From the NCBI GenBank assembly GCA_963801815.1, contig CAWDGJ010000003.1, positions 32,001-96,000 of the forward strand: a DNA stretch of 64,000 nt, read 5' to 3'. Origin of the DNA: an uncultured Verrucomicrobiae bacterium. Lineage in GTDB: Bacteria > Verrucomicrobiota > Verrucomicrobiia > Chthoniobacterales > UBA10450. Shown here piece by piece: positions 18,980-28,815 of this stretch. Under the pieces are notes generated by a model. That model was not told where the DNA came from. It saw nothing but the letters and a program-made list of their open reading frames with translations, and searched no databases. Every line of letters starts with the position of its first letter. Position 1 is the stretch's first letter. Position numbers and translations under genes: made by a program.

Positions 18980-20053
18980 TCAGGAATGGGTGAGCTTGAC
19001 GCCAGTTTCGAGGTCAGCCTTTCCCGGCAACGAAATTTCGGGATTCGCTTGATCACTCGGGTCAGAGAACGTGACTTGATCGGAATAAAGCAGCTCACTG
19101 ACCACCTGAAAAATCTTGAGCTCGCAAACGTCGCACTTTTGGTAAAGCTCGCTCAGAACCCTTGGACCGTGCGCAAGCTGGTCCCAAATTCGTTGGGCAA
19201 GCGGACGTAGCGTTTCGGGCGAGGCGCCGTTCCAATGCAATTCTCTGGCGCACGTTCGTAGTGGTTTAAGATGGCTTCGCATTCCTTTTTTCAAAGCATC
19301 GAGCTCGTCACGATATTGACAAGCGGCAATGAGGAGGTCGCTTCGGGCGGCAATCGGAGCTGATTGCGTAGAATCAATCAGTGAGCCTTCGCCAGCGGCG
19401 AAGGTGAAGCTACCGGAAAGATTATCGCTCAGAAATAATTGCCAGAAGGCTTCTTCGCCGGTGAGATGCTGGAATCGTGCGGCTCTCGGTTGGCCAGATT
19501 CGAAATAAAAGGCTCCGATGGTGTCACCTTTATCGTCTTTTATGCTGAGCTCGCCGGTTTGGCAGGAGCTTATGATCGTCTGATGAATGGTCATGAGATC
19601 GAAATGGGAAATGCGACCTCTTAGTTCAAGGGAATCGTCTTGTTCGCCGACAAAATCGCGCTCCTTGAGCAAACGCGCGGTCATTTGCTCGCACAAATAT
19701 CGAAAGAACGATGGGACGAGGCGTATCAATTCAGGAAAGTTCGCGCGGGGGAAACATTGCAATTTCGATGCCTCTTTTGCGCGGATGAGCTGCGACCGGC
19801 GCAGATCGGCGAAAACTTCGATGTCACCAATGAGATCGCCGCGGTAGAGAAGCAGGATTTTGCTTGCGGGGCGGCTTTCTTGCGTAACTACTTCGAGCAC
19901 ACCGCGATTGACGATGTACAGCGCGTTGCCCGGCTCGCCCGGCGAATAGAGGGCGTCACCCTCAGCGACGTATCGGACCCAGGACAACTCGCCCATAGCT
20001 TTGAGCTCGGATGGCGTGAGGGTCGTGCAAAACGCAAAAAAATCGCGTTGCAT
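18980..20053 (-). CDS. Cyclic nucleotide-binding domain plus DUF4388 (PatA-N-like) protein
   Basis: LYSPGEPGNALYIVNRGVLEV…GDLIGD cNMP fold, then LRGRISHFDLMTIHQTI…TGEL…GEEAFWQL. Confidence 0.75.
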   Translation of the reverse strand: MQRDFFAFCTTLTPSELKAMGELSWVRYVAEGDALYSPGEPGNALYIVNRGVLEVVTQESRPASKILLLYRGDLIGDIEVFADLRRSQLIRAKEASKLQCFPRANFPELIRLVPSFFRYLCEQMTARLLKERDFVGEQDDSLELRGRISHFDLMTIHQTIISSCQTGELSIKDDKGDTIGAFYFESGQPRAARFQHLTGEEAFWQLFLSDNLSGSFTFAAGEGSLIDSTQSAPIAARSDLLIAACQYRDELDALKKGMRSHLKPLRTCARELHWNGASPETLRPLAQRIWDQLAHGPRVLSELYQKCDVCELKIFQVVSELLYSDQVTFSDPSDQANPEISLPGKADLETGVKLTHS

Positions 20054-20185
20054 TGTCCATCACGACAGCAGGATTCGTACATTGCACGCTGGAAAATTTG
20101 TCGGTAAATGAGCCTTCACTCCCCCAAACGGGCAGCGACCTAAACGTGTTTGCCACGACTCTCCCGTTACCTATGAAAAAAGGAG

Positions 20186-20256
20186 AGCGGGCAACGGGAA
20201 TCGAACCCGCATGGCCAGCTTGGAAGGCTGGAACTTTACCATTAAGCTATGCCCGC
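20186..20256 (-). tRNA. tRNA-Gly(TCC), CCA not encoded
   Basis: Reverse complement GCGGGCATAGCTTAATGGTAAAGTTCCAGCCTTCCAAGCTGGCCATGCGGGTTCGATTCCCGTTGCCCGCT folds as a cloverleaf with anticodon TCC. Confidence 0.95.
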
Positions 20257-20361
20257 GTTTGAGGACGGTAAGTTGCCGTGAGCAGTTCCGGCTGCCAAGC
20301 GATTTCTGCCGTGGTCGCCACCCGCACTTGCAATTTCCGCGCGTGCGGTCTAGCTAGCGAC

Positions 20362-21057
20362 ATGAGGAATCTCACGGCTTTTTCCGTAGGCATCCTGTTC
20401 AGTTTCCTGCTGTCGGCGCGCGCCGATTTAATCATCGTCCAAAAAGTCGAAGGATCGGGGCAGGACGGCGACATCACCGTGAAAATCAAGGGCGACAAGG
20501 AGCGAGTGGACGCGCCTGGGCAACCAACTCGAATCATCGATGGCAAGACCGGCGAAATAACCAATCTGATGGACGACCGAAAGAGTTTTGCGAAAATTTC
20601 CGCGGCGCAAATCAAAGCGGCAGCGGACAGCGTAAATCTCAATGCGGACAAAAAATCGGCCTCGTCTCGACTCAGTGCCACTGGAAAGAAGGATATCATC
20701 AGCGGTTACGAGACCGAGGAATACGCTTACGAGACGCCGCAGTTCAAAGCATCGTTTTGGGTGGCAACTAAATATCCGGGGGCCGCGGAAATCTTGAAGC
20801 AAATGCAGGCCCCAATCGCCGGAGCGTTGAAGCCGAGCAACATGGGAATGCCCGATTACACGGATTTCAAAGGCTTGCCCCTGAAGACGGTCATCGCTGT
20901 CGGCCCGAATCAGGTCATTACGACGATTGTCTCGATTAAGCAGGACCTGCTCAGCCCGAGCGAGTTTGAAATTCCAAAAGATTTTCAAGAAGTGACACGG
21001 CGGACCCAATCGGAGACTCAGCCGGGCGCGAGCCCCAATTCTTCGGCGACGCCATAA
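20362..21057 (+). CDS. Secreted DUF4412-like protein
   Basis: Signal peptide ending ARA; ATGKKDIISGYETEEY, GLPLKT, FEIPKDFQEV. Confidence 0.7.
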   Translation: MRNLTAFSVGILFSFLLSARADLIIVQKVEGSGQDGDITVKIKGDKERVDAPGQPTRIIDGKTGEITNLMDDRKSFAKISAAQIKAAADSVNLNADKKSASSRLSATGKKDIISGYETEEYAYETPQFKASFWVATKYPGAAEILKQMQAPIAGALKPSNMGMPDYTDFKGLPLKTVIAVGPNQVITTIVSIKQDLLSPSEFEIPKDFQEVTRRTQSETQPGASPNSSATP

Positions 21058-21076
21058 CCGGCTCGCGCTTAAACGC

Positions 21077-21655
21077 GTGGGCCCAACGTTGCTGCTTGCT
21101 TCCAACTCCCCGCGACGTCGCGAGTTATTAATCGAAGCCGGATTCGCGTTTGAAATGTCCTCGCCGCGAATCAAGGAAAGGTTCGATGCCGATCTTACCC
21201 TGCGCGAGCTGACGATGCTGAACGCCATTCGCAAGGGAATGGCAGCGGCGCGGGCGCATCCTAAGCAAGTTGCGCTGGCGGCCGACACACTCGTCGCGAT
21301 CGATCATGAGATCCTCGGAAAACCGCGCGATGCAGACGAAGCGATCGCAATGCTCGAGCGGTTAAGCGGACGCGTCCACGACGTTTGTACTTCGGTTTTC
21401 ATTTGTCACCTCGCGGGCGCAAGATCGACGAGCTTCTCAGAAATCTCGCGGGTCCGCTTTCGCCGGTTGACCCGCGGCGCGATCGATCATTATCTCGCGC
21501 GCATAGATCCGCTCGATAAAGCTGGCGCTTACGCCGCCCAGGGTTTTGGGAACGAGATCATCGAAAACATCGATGGCTCGTTTACTAATGTAGTCGGGTT
21601 GCCAATGGAAAAAGCGGTCCCAGCACTCGTCGAATTTGGAATCAATTCAACATAA
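21077..21655 (+). CDS. maf: Maf-family nucleoside triphosphate pyrophosphatase
   Basis: LLLASNSPRRRELL, AADTLV, ILGKP, DKAGAYAAQG, NVVGLP. Confidence 0.92.
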   Translation: MGPTLLLASNSPRRRELLIEAGFAFEMSSPRIKERFDADLTLRELTMLNAIRKGMAAARAHPKQVALAADTLVAIDHEILGKPRDADEAIAMLERLSGRVHDVCTSVFICHLAGARSTSFSEISRVRFRRLTRGAIDHYLARIDPLDKAGAYAAQGFGNEIIENIDGSFTNVVGLPMEKAVPALVEFGINST

Positions 21656-21660
21656 GAAGA

Positions 21661-21781
21661 CCCGAATCTCAAAACAATTTCGACCTCGAAAATTCGAATT
21701 CCAAGGACGGTAAAACCTAAAGCGTCGGAGTATTAATCATTCGGTACTCGGATCTGTTTCGGATTTCGATATTCGGATTTG
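21661..21781. repeat. Degenerate heptamer-repeat (TTCGGAT/TTCGAAT) inverted cluster between convergent genes
   Basis: aattcgaattcc… and ttcggatttcgatattcggattt. Confidence 0.5.
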
Positions 21782-21784
21782 ATG

Positions 21785-22340
21785 CTAACGAGTTTCGACA
21801 AGTTCCCGCTTGGATTTCACCGGCGCCGGCGATTTGTCGCGTTTGAGAACGCGATAGAGGAACCAAACGATGAAGCAATTTGCCAGCAGCAGCAGCAGCG
21901 GAACGAGGATGGAATGATGGGACATCAGACGGTGCCAGAGGTGTCGCACCTCGAGCGGAATCAAAGCTCCCGTGGCGAAGATCATCAGAAATTCGGCCCA
22001 GCGTTTTTCCATGTAAACGCCGATCCCTTCGGTCAGCAGCACCGCGCAGTAAAAAAGTGCGAGCAATCCGGTGGCGCGCAGCGCGCCGCCGCCGCGAGGC
22101 GATTTCCTGCAGCTTGTTCAAAAGAAAAACGACTGCTCGGGTGTGATGAAGCAGCAGCTGGTCTTCAGTCCAATCGGAAATCTGGTCGAGCCAAACCGGG
22201 CGACTGTTTAAAAAAAGAATCGAGAAACCGAGAACGAAAAGGAGAACGCCCTTAAAGATTTTGAAGAGCGCGATCAGCTTGAGATAACGATGGCGACGCG
22301 GTTCCTGCAAAATTGCAGGGACGTGCGCCGGGTTACTCAT
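21785..22340 (-). CDS. DUF2127-family membrane protein; frameshift at ~22090
   Basis: LIALFKIFKG… joined to EGIGVYMEKRWAEFLMIFATGALIPLEV. Confidence 0.75.
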
Positions 22341-22364
22341 CCGCTAACTCTCCGCCGAACTTTT

Positions 22365-22796
22365 TCACTCTGCAATGACGGGATTCGCCCGACAGCAGAT
22401 TTCCAGCTTATTCCCGTCCGGATCTTCGAAGAACAAGGCGTAATACCCGGGGGTGTAATCCGGGACCACTTCAGGGCCTTCCAAATTCTTGCCGCCAGCC
22501 TCTCGGACCAGTTTGGCGATCTCATCCACTTTTTCCCGCGTCTCGGCCCAGAACGCGATCCGGGTCCCGTTTGGCCGGTGATTCTTGTCTTCGCTCAAAC
22601 AAAAAAACTCCGAGGGCCTGTCGCCGCCGGCAGAATAGAAAGCATGGAACGTCTCGCCTGAGCTTCCTTCGGGCGGTGGCTCATGTTTTTCGCGAACAAA
22701 TCCAATCTGTGGCAGAAATTTCGCATAGAACTTCGCCGCGGTCTGGAGATCTTTCACCCGCAGATCGATATGGTCGAGCAATCGGGTTTTCATCAT
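22365..22796 (-). CDS. VOC/glyoxalase-family protein
   Basis: LDHIDLRVKD…FY, RIAFWA, YYALFFEDPDGNKLEIC. Confidence 0.88.
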   Translation of the reverse strand: MMKTRLLDHIDLRVKDLQTAAKFYAKFLPQIGFVREKHEPPPEGSSGETFHAFYSAGGDRPSEFFCLSEDKNHRPNGTRIAFWAETREKVDEIAKLVREAGGKNLEGPEVVPDYTPGYYALFFEDPDGNKLEICCRANPVIAE

Positions 22797-23206
22797 TTCG
22801 ACTTTCGGTTCTCGCGCCGGATCATCAACTTTAACGCCGACCACGTTTCGTCAACCGCGCAGACTTTGATGTCCACGAATCCGAGCGGCAACGCAACCGC
22901 CCGCACCACGTCTTCAGTCACATCCGTGGCAACGCCGGACGCTTTCTTTGGCCATGAAACCCAGACCACGGCGTCATCCGCGATCTTTTTCCGAAGCAAT
23001 TGCAACTGCATTCCCAGGGCGCGCCGCTCTTTAACAAAAAGATGAACAAACCTGGTATTTCCAACCGGACGCGTCGCAAAATTCACTCCGCTTGGAATTT
23101 GCCCGAGCAGTTTCCGGTAATTAGGGGGAGCATCGATCGCGACGATGATTGTGCCTGGCTTGATTCCGAGTTTCTGCGGAAGGGGAGTGCCTGAGTAACC
23201 AGCCAT
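22793..23206 (-). CDS. DUF3052-family protein
   Basis: MAGYSGTPLPQKLGIK, WVSWPKKASGVATD, GFVDIKVCAVDETWSALK. Confidence 0.8.
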   Translation of the reverse strand: MAGYSGTPLPQKLGIKPGTIIVAIDAPPNYRKLLGQIPSGVNFATRPVGNTRFVHLFVKERRALGMQLQLLRKKIADDAVVWVSWPKKASGVATDVTEDVVRAVALPLGFVDIKVCAVDETWSALKLMIRRENRKSK

Positions 23207-23314
23207 CGTGACGTTTACTGAACGCGGCGGCGGCACCTGATCAATCGAGAATCCACGCGCATCGTTTACCTGGAAGGCCGGAGGTTGTGGATGCAACCGG
23301 TTCTCTTGGGTCGA

Positions 23315-23342
23315 GGAAACTAAATATACTGGATTAGTTTCC
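23315..23342. promoter_or_regulatory. 9-10-9 inverted repeat GGAAACTAA-N10-TTAGTTTCC, candidate TetR operator
   Basis: Perfect arms ~25 bp upstream of the TetR start. Confidence 0.55.
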
Positions 23343-23367
23343 AAAGTGGCATTATTGTCAATTGAGT

Positions 23368-23988
23368 ATGAGACGCGAAAACAAACGGCGAAACCACAAG
23401 ACCAATGCTGGTCGCCGACAAATCGTCGAAGCCGCGCGCGCGCATTTCTTGAGTCACGGATTTCGCACCGTGACCATGGACGATCTGGCGGAGGAGTTGG
23501 GCATCAGCAAGAAGACGCTTTATGCGCATTTTCCCGGCAAGATCGACATGTTGGAAGCGGTGCTCTCCGATAAATTCGCCAGCGTCGAAGCGACACTCAA
23601 GGACGTGATGCGCGCGCACCCGCACGATTTTGCAGCCACTTTGCACGAGTTGCTCGCCACCACGCAGCGCGAGTTGGATGAGATCAAGCCTCCGTTCGTG
23701 CGCGATATGCGGCAGAAGGCGCCGCAGGTTTTCAAAGTCATCGAGCGTCGCCGCGCCGCGTTGATCGAACGCTATTTCGGAAAACTTTTCGTGGAAGGTC
23801 AGCGCGCCGGAATGGTTCGCAAAGATGTGCCGGCCAAACTCATCATCGAGATTTTGCTGGCAATGGTCCAATCGATCATGAATCCACCGAAGATGGAAGA
23901 ACTCGGACTGATGCCGAAGGAAGGTTTCGCCGGGATTCTCAAGATTGTTCTCGAAGGCGCGCTGACAACCAAAGGACGAAAGGCATGA
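23368..23988 (+). CDS. TetR/AcrR-family regulator
   Basis: IVEAARAHFLSHGFRTVTMDDLAEELGISKKTLYAHFPGK. Confidence 0.92.
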   Translation: MRRENKRRNHKTNAGRRQIVEAARAHFLSHGFRTVTMDDLAEELGISKKTLYAHFPGKIDMLEAVLSDKFASVEATLKDVMRAHPHDFAATLHELLATTQRELDEIKPPFVRDMRQKAPQVFKVIERRRAALIERYFGKLFVEGQRAGMVRKDVPAKLIIEILLAMVQSIMNPPKMEELGLMPKEGFAGILKIVLEGALTTKGRKA

Positions 23989-24774
23989 AGGTTCGGTTCG
24001 TTAGGCAAGATCGACGATCAGTGCGCCTTGCGGGGGCATTGGTTCTCCTTTTCTTGCTCGGAGGTTGCCGCGATCGGCCAACGGACCGCTTTCAGGGTTA
24101 TGTCGAAGGTGAATTTGTTTACATCGCTTCGCCGCTTGCCGGCCAATTGGACACGTTGTCCGTTCGACGCGGTGACCAGGTGACGACTGAGCAGCCGTTA
24201 TTCGCACTGGATGAAGTCGCCGAGAAAGCGGCGGTCGATCAGGCAAAAGCGGCATTAGTCCTTTCCGAGACCGAGTTCACGCGGCAGGCAAAACTGCTTC
24301 TGATGGGACCGGCGGCCCAGCAGGATTACGACCGTGCGCGGTCGCAGCGCGATCAGGATCGACAACGGCTCGCCCAAGCGCAGTGGAACTTCGATCAGAA
24401 AAGACAAGCCGCGCCGCAATCGGGTTTGGTTTACGACACTCTATTTCGTCAGGGCGAATGGGTAGCCGCGGGAAAACCGGTTGTCGTACTTTTGCCGCCG
24501 CCAAATATCAAAGTGCGCGCGTTCGTTCCGGAAACGCGCGTCGGCACGATTCATTACGACGATCCCGTTCAAGTTTTCGTGGATGGCGTGCAAAATCCGT
24601 TCGTCGGCAAAGTGAGTTACATTTCGCCGCGCGCGGAATACACGCCACCGGTCATCTACAGTCGCGAGAGCCGATCGAAGCTCGTGTTCATGATCGAATC
24701 GGTTTTCGAGCCGCAGGTCGCGGCGAATCTGCATCCCGGCCAGCCGGTTGACGTGCGAATTCAAATCCAAATGA
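23985..24774 (+). CDS. HlyD-family efflux adaptor (YbhG-like lipoprotein); stop apparently masked by an indel near 24758
   Basis: Lipobox LLGGC; FQGYVEGEFV, SPRAEYTPPVIYS, LHPGQPVDV; ATGA overlap with the next gene. Confidence 0.8.
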
Positions 24775-25698
24775 AAAACGGCGAGCCGATCATCGACGTT
24801 CGCGGCATGACCAAGCGGTTCGGCGAACTGCACCGCGGTCGATCATGTCGATCTACAGGTGCGCACGGGCGAAATCTACGGCTTCCTCGGACCGAACGGC
24901 AGCGGCAAGACGACGTTTCTTGCGGATGCTTTGCGGATTGCTCAGCGCGGACGACGGCAGCGGACAGGTGCTCGGCCACGATGTGATCGCCGAAAGCGAA
25001 GCGATCAAACGTGAAGTCGGTTACATGACGCAGCGATTCAGTTTTTGGGAGGATTTGAGCATCGAGGAGAATCTCGATTTCGTCGCGCGCATGTACGACG
25101 TGAAGAACCGGCGGCAAACGGTGCGTGCAAGCATCGATGCAACTGGGTCTGGCCGAACGCAAAACGCAACTCGCCGGCCAGCTTTCCGGCGGATGGAAGC
25201 AACGGCTTGCGCTCGCCGCCTGTCTCATTCATCGGCCAAAATTGCTGTTGCTCGATGAGCCGACGGCTGGTGTCGATCCAAAAGCGCGTCGCGATTTCTG
25301 GGAGGAGATTCATCGACTCGCCGCCCAGGGACTCACTTTTCTCATCACCACGCATTACATGGATGAAGCCGAGCGCTGCCAGCGGCTGGCTTACATTTCC
25401 TAAGGCAAATTGCTCGCGGACGGCACGGTCGACGAAGTCATCGCCCAGGTTGGCCTAACGACTTGGTCGGTGCACGGACCGGATCTCGCCCATTTGGCCG
25501 AAGAACTGCGTAAAACTCCGGGCGTGCAGCAGGCCGTCGCCTTCGGCAATTCGTTGCACGTCAGCAGCACGGACGCAGCTGCACTCGAACGTGCCATCGC
25601 GCCTCTTCGCCATGATCCCTACGCTTGGGAGCGAATTCCGTCCGGATTGGAAGACGCATTCATCAGTTTGATGGAGCACACGGACAATTGCCGCATGA
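24771..25698 (+). CDS. ABC transporter ATP-binding protein (YbhF-like); several frameshifts and an in-frame TAA at 25401
   Basis: Fragments give [58 protein letters not shown]. Confidence 0.8.
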
Positions 25699-26840
25699 AA
25701 AAGCATCCCAAATTTTCGTTCGAACGATTGCGAGCGATCGTCGTGAAGGAATTTACTGCAGATGCGACGCGACCGGCTCACCTTTGCGATGATGCTCGGC
25801 ATTCCGCTGATTCAGCTCACGCTGTTCGGTTACGCGATCAATTCCGATCCGCGGCATCTGCCGACGGCCGTCCTGCTCGCCGATCACGGTCCGCAGGGTC
25901 GAACGTTGCTCTACGCCATGAAGAACAGCACTTACTTCGATTTCGTTCGACAGGTGAAAACGGAGAACCGAAGCGCACGATTTGCTCGCGCGCGGCCAGG
26001 TCCAGTTCGTGATCAACATTCCGGAGAATTTCAGCCGCGATCTTTTGCGCGGCGATCGGCCGTCACTGCTGGTGGAGGCGGACGCGACCGATCCCGCCGC
26101 GACCGGCAATCGCGCTCGGATCGTTGGAGCCGATATTCGATACCGCGCTGCAAAACGATTTGAAGGGGCCGCTTGAATCGCTCAACGCCACCAACGGCCC
26201 GATCGATCTGCGCGTCCACGCGCTCTACAATCCGGAGGTCGTCACGCAATACAACATCGTGCCCGGCCTGATGGGCGTGATCCTGACGATGACCATGGTC
26301 ATGATCACCGGTCTCGCGATTACGCGCGAACGCGAGCGCGGCACGATGGAGAATCTTCTCTCGATGCCGACCCGACCGAGCGAAGTGCTCATCGGAAAAA
26401 TCGTGCCCTACATTCTGGTCGGCTACATCCAGGTCGCAGTGATCCTGATCGCGGCCTATTTTCTTTTTCACGTGCCGATGCAGGGCAGCATTCTTCTTCT
26501 GCTCGTTGTCGCGCTCGTCTTCATCGTCGCGAACCTCGCGATGGGCATCACGTTTTCCACCATCGCGAAAAACCAACTGCAGGCAGTGCAGATGGCTTTC
26601 TTCGTTTTTCTCCCGTCCATCCTGCTCTCCGGGTTCATGTTTCCGTTTCGCGGGATGCCGTATTGGGCCCAGATCGTCGGCGAGGTGTTTCCGCTCACTC
26701 ACTTTCTGCGCATCGTTCGCGGCATTCTCTTGAAAGGAAACGGCGTAGTCGATGTCAGCCTTCAACTTTGGCAGATCGCGCTCTTCGCCCTCATCGTTCT
26801 GGCAATCGGGATTAAGCGCTATCGCCAAACGCTCGATTAG
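25695..26840 (+). CDS. ABC-2 transporter permease (YbhS/R-like); frameshifts at ~25757, ~25965 and ~26112
   Basis: MRRDRLTFAMMLGIP, YNIVPGLMG, RERERGTMENLL, LLSGFMFPF, PLTHFLRIVRGILLKG. Confidence 0.85.
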
Positions 26841-27442
26841 CCGGCGATCGAATCGCTGACCAAAAATCTGCGCACTACCAGCGCCCAGAGCAAGAGGATG
26901 ATTAATTGGTACCAGGCAAAGAACCGGTCGTAGCCGCGCTTGCGGACAACCAATCCCGCTGCCGCGAGAACTGCGAAGTGACCGACAAACGGCAAGTACC
27001 AAACTGGGTCGAGCAATCCGCTGCGAAGAGCCGTTTGTGTAATGTCCATCAAACAAAACGCAATGAACGCAGAGTAGTAGCCGGTTCGATTCCCCTCGAA
27101 CCGATTCCGTCGTTCCTCTTCTTCCGACAAATCGGGCGGATAAAGAAAAGTCGTAAGCAGGTAGAGCGTGATCGTCCAGACGATCAGCACGAGAAATTTA
27201 TCGAAGCTCCAAACGACATTCGTGTTCCATTTGAACGCGACCCACCAGTTCAATGAGAGCACCAGCAAAGTCGCAAGCGTGAGAACGATGTGCACTTCGT
27301 CCATCGGCGTCTGTTTGCGCCGATAAAACGCGCGTCCCGCGCCGGCCAATAAATTGGTCACACCCAGCCCGATCACGATCGACATCAAAATCGAGATGAA
27401 CTCAAAGCTGCTCATCAAGTTGAGCGAGTTTTGGTTCTGCAT
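26837..27442 (-). CDS. Multi-pass membrane hypothetical protein
   Basis: About 6 hydrophobic helices; SFEFISILMSIVIGLGVTNLL N-terminus. Confidence 0.7.
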   Translation of the reverse strand: MQNQNSLNLMSSFEFISILMSIVIGLGVTNLLAGAGRAFYRRKQTPMDEVHIVLTLATLLVLSLNWWVAFKWNTNVVWSFDKFLVLIVWTITLYLLTTFLYPPDLSEEEERRNRFEGNRTGYYSAFIAFCLMDITQTALRSGLLDPVWYLPFVGHFAVLAAAGLVVRKRGYDRFFAWYQLIILLLWALVVRRFLVSDSIAG

Positions 27443-27499
27443 GACGCGCGATGTTAACGCGGGCCCAATCCGAAAATCGAGTCGGAACTCACGTCCTGA

Positions 27500-27948
27500 T
27501 CACAACGTCTGTTTCTTTTCGATGGGTTTTTCGCGAACGAACGAAAATCGGTAGCCTTCGTAAACCGCAATCGCGTAAAACAAAATGCTGGTGGACATGA
27601 AGTCGTTCCACAGGACATCCGTTACTTTTGATAGATCGGCATTGTTGAGTGCCTGAAAAATCCAACATGCAGTTGCGCTGACGCAAACGCGATTAAGGAA
27701 AAGTAATTTCCCAGAACGCATCCGAACAGCGCGAGAAACGCACCCAGGATTCCAAACGCTTTGCCTCCGTTCCCGATTCGCACGGCAAAACCGACCAGTG
27801 CGCCGATCCCAATGGCCACTAATCCTATTTGATACTTGGTTGTGACGGTTACGATGGCCCAAACGACCGCGCCGACGAAGGCGGCGGCAAGACCGGCGAG
27901 TGCGCCAAGAAACAGTCTCCTCTCCTGGAGGGAAGCGACTTCAGCCAC
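27500..27948 (-). CDS. Membrane hypothetical protein; frameshift at ~27655, start uncertain
   Basis: LFLGALAGLAAAFVGAVVWA…GCVLGNY joined to …ILFYAIAVYEGYRFSF. Confidence 0.65.
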
Positions 27949-27971
27949 GTTGATTGATTTTTGGGGTGGTT

Positions 27972-28160
27972 CTAGTCGTTCGTGTCTTTGAGAATCGACT
28001 TTAATTGCTCGCGCAATTCCGGCGAACTCTTGTGGCCATGCGCTGAGACCGCGTGTTGGACCGCGGCATCGAGCACTTCCTGCTCGGTGCCGGAAATTCG
28101 CAGCGAGCAATTTTTCGCGCTCGGATAATCGCGACAATCGATCGATTTGCGTTGCGCCAT
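27972..28160 (-). CDS. DUF1059-family small protein
   Basis: RKSIDCRDYPS..NCSLRISGTEQEVLDAAVQHAVSAHGH. Confidence 0.8.
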   Translation of the reverse strand: MAQRKSIDCRDYPSAKNCSLRISGTEQEVLDAAVQHAVSAHGHKSSPELREQLKSILKDTND

Positions 28161-28170
28161 ATAAACCTCG

Positions 28171-28711
28171 CTAGCTCTTTTTCAATTCGGCCAGATCCTT
28201 CAACACTTGCTCGCTGTGATCGACGGGCTTCACACCGGTGTAGACCTTGGCAATTTTTCCTTCGGGATTAATCAGGAAGGTGTTTCGCGCGGCCATCGTC
28301 GTTCCCTTGTAATCCATCGTCGATCCGTACTGCGCCGAAACTTTTCCGCCCGGATCGGCCAGCAGTTTGAAGGTCAGTCCTTCTTTCGTGCAAAATTGCT
28401 TGTGCGAATCGGCGCTGTCCACGCTTACGCCCAGAATTACCGCTCCGGTCTTATCGTACTGGGCGAGGTCGCGCTGGAAATTTTTGGCCTCCATGGTGCA
28501 ACCGCTGGTCATGTCCTTCGGATAAAAATAAAGGACAACCCATTTGCCCTTGAAATCCTTGAGACTGACCTGCGATCCGTCACTGGTTGCCAGACTGAAA
28601 TCTGGCGCCGCGGTGCCGGCGGCGGGTTGAGTCTGGGTTTGAGTGTCGGCGCCTTGCATCGAGTCCGATTGTAGCGAAGCCAACGATTGCTAACAGCAGC
28701 GATTTTTTCAT
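28171..28711 (-). CDS. bcp: Peroxiredoxin, BCP/PrxQ family, with a probable signal peptide; indel near 28660
   Basis: APDFSL, VVLYFYPKDMTSGCTMEA, GVSVDS..SH..F, ARNTFLI. ATG at 28711 gives MKKSLLLAIVGFATIG. Confidence 0.85.
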
Positions 28712-28815
28712 TTTCGTTTCCTTGGTTGAGACAGGAAGGTTATCCCTGAACTCTTGAAAATCAAAACGCCTAAAACCACCGGCGCGTTTTCTGACTGATT
28801 GCCTGCCTAACGAAT

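Noticed and set aside
16220..20256. Integrative element at the 3' end of tRNA-Gly
   Set aside because: No integrase, and I found no duplicated tRNA 3' end (att site) in the window.
23985..24986. HlyD-ABC ATPase fusion protein
   Set aside because: The apparent read-through is removed by one indel that restores an ATGA stop/start overlap at 24771-24774.
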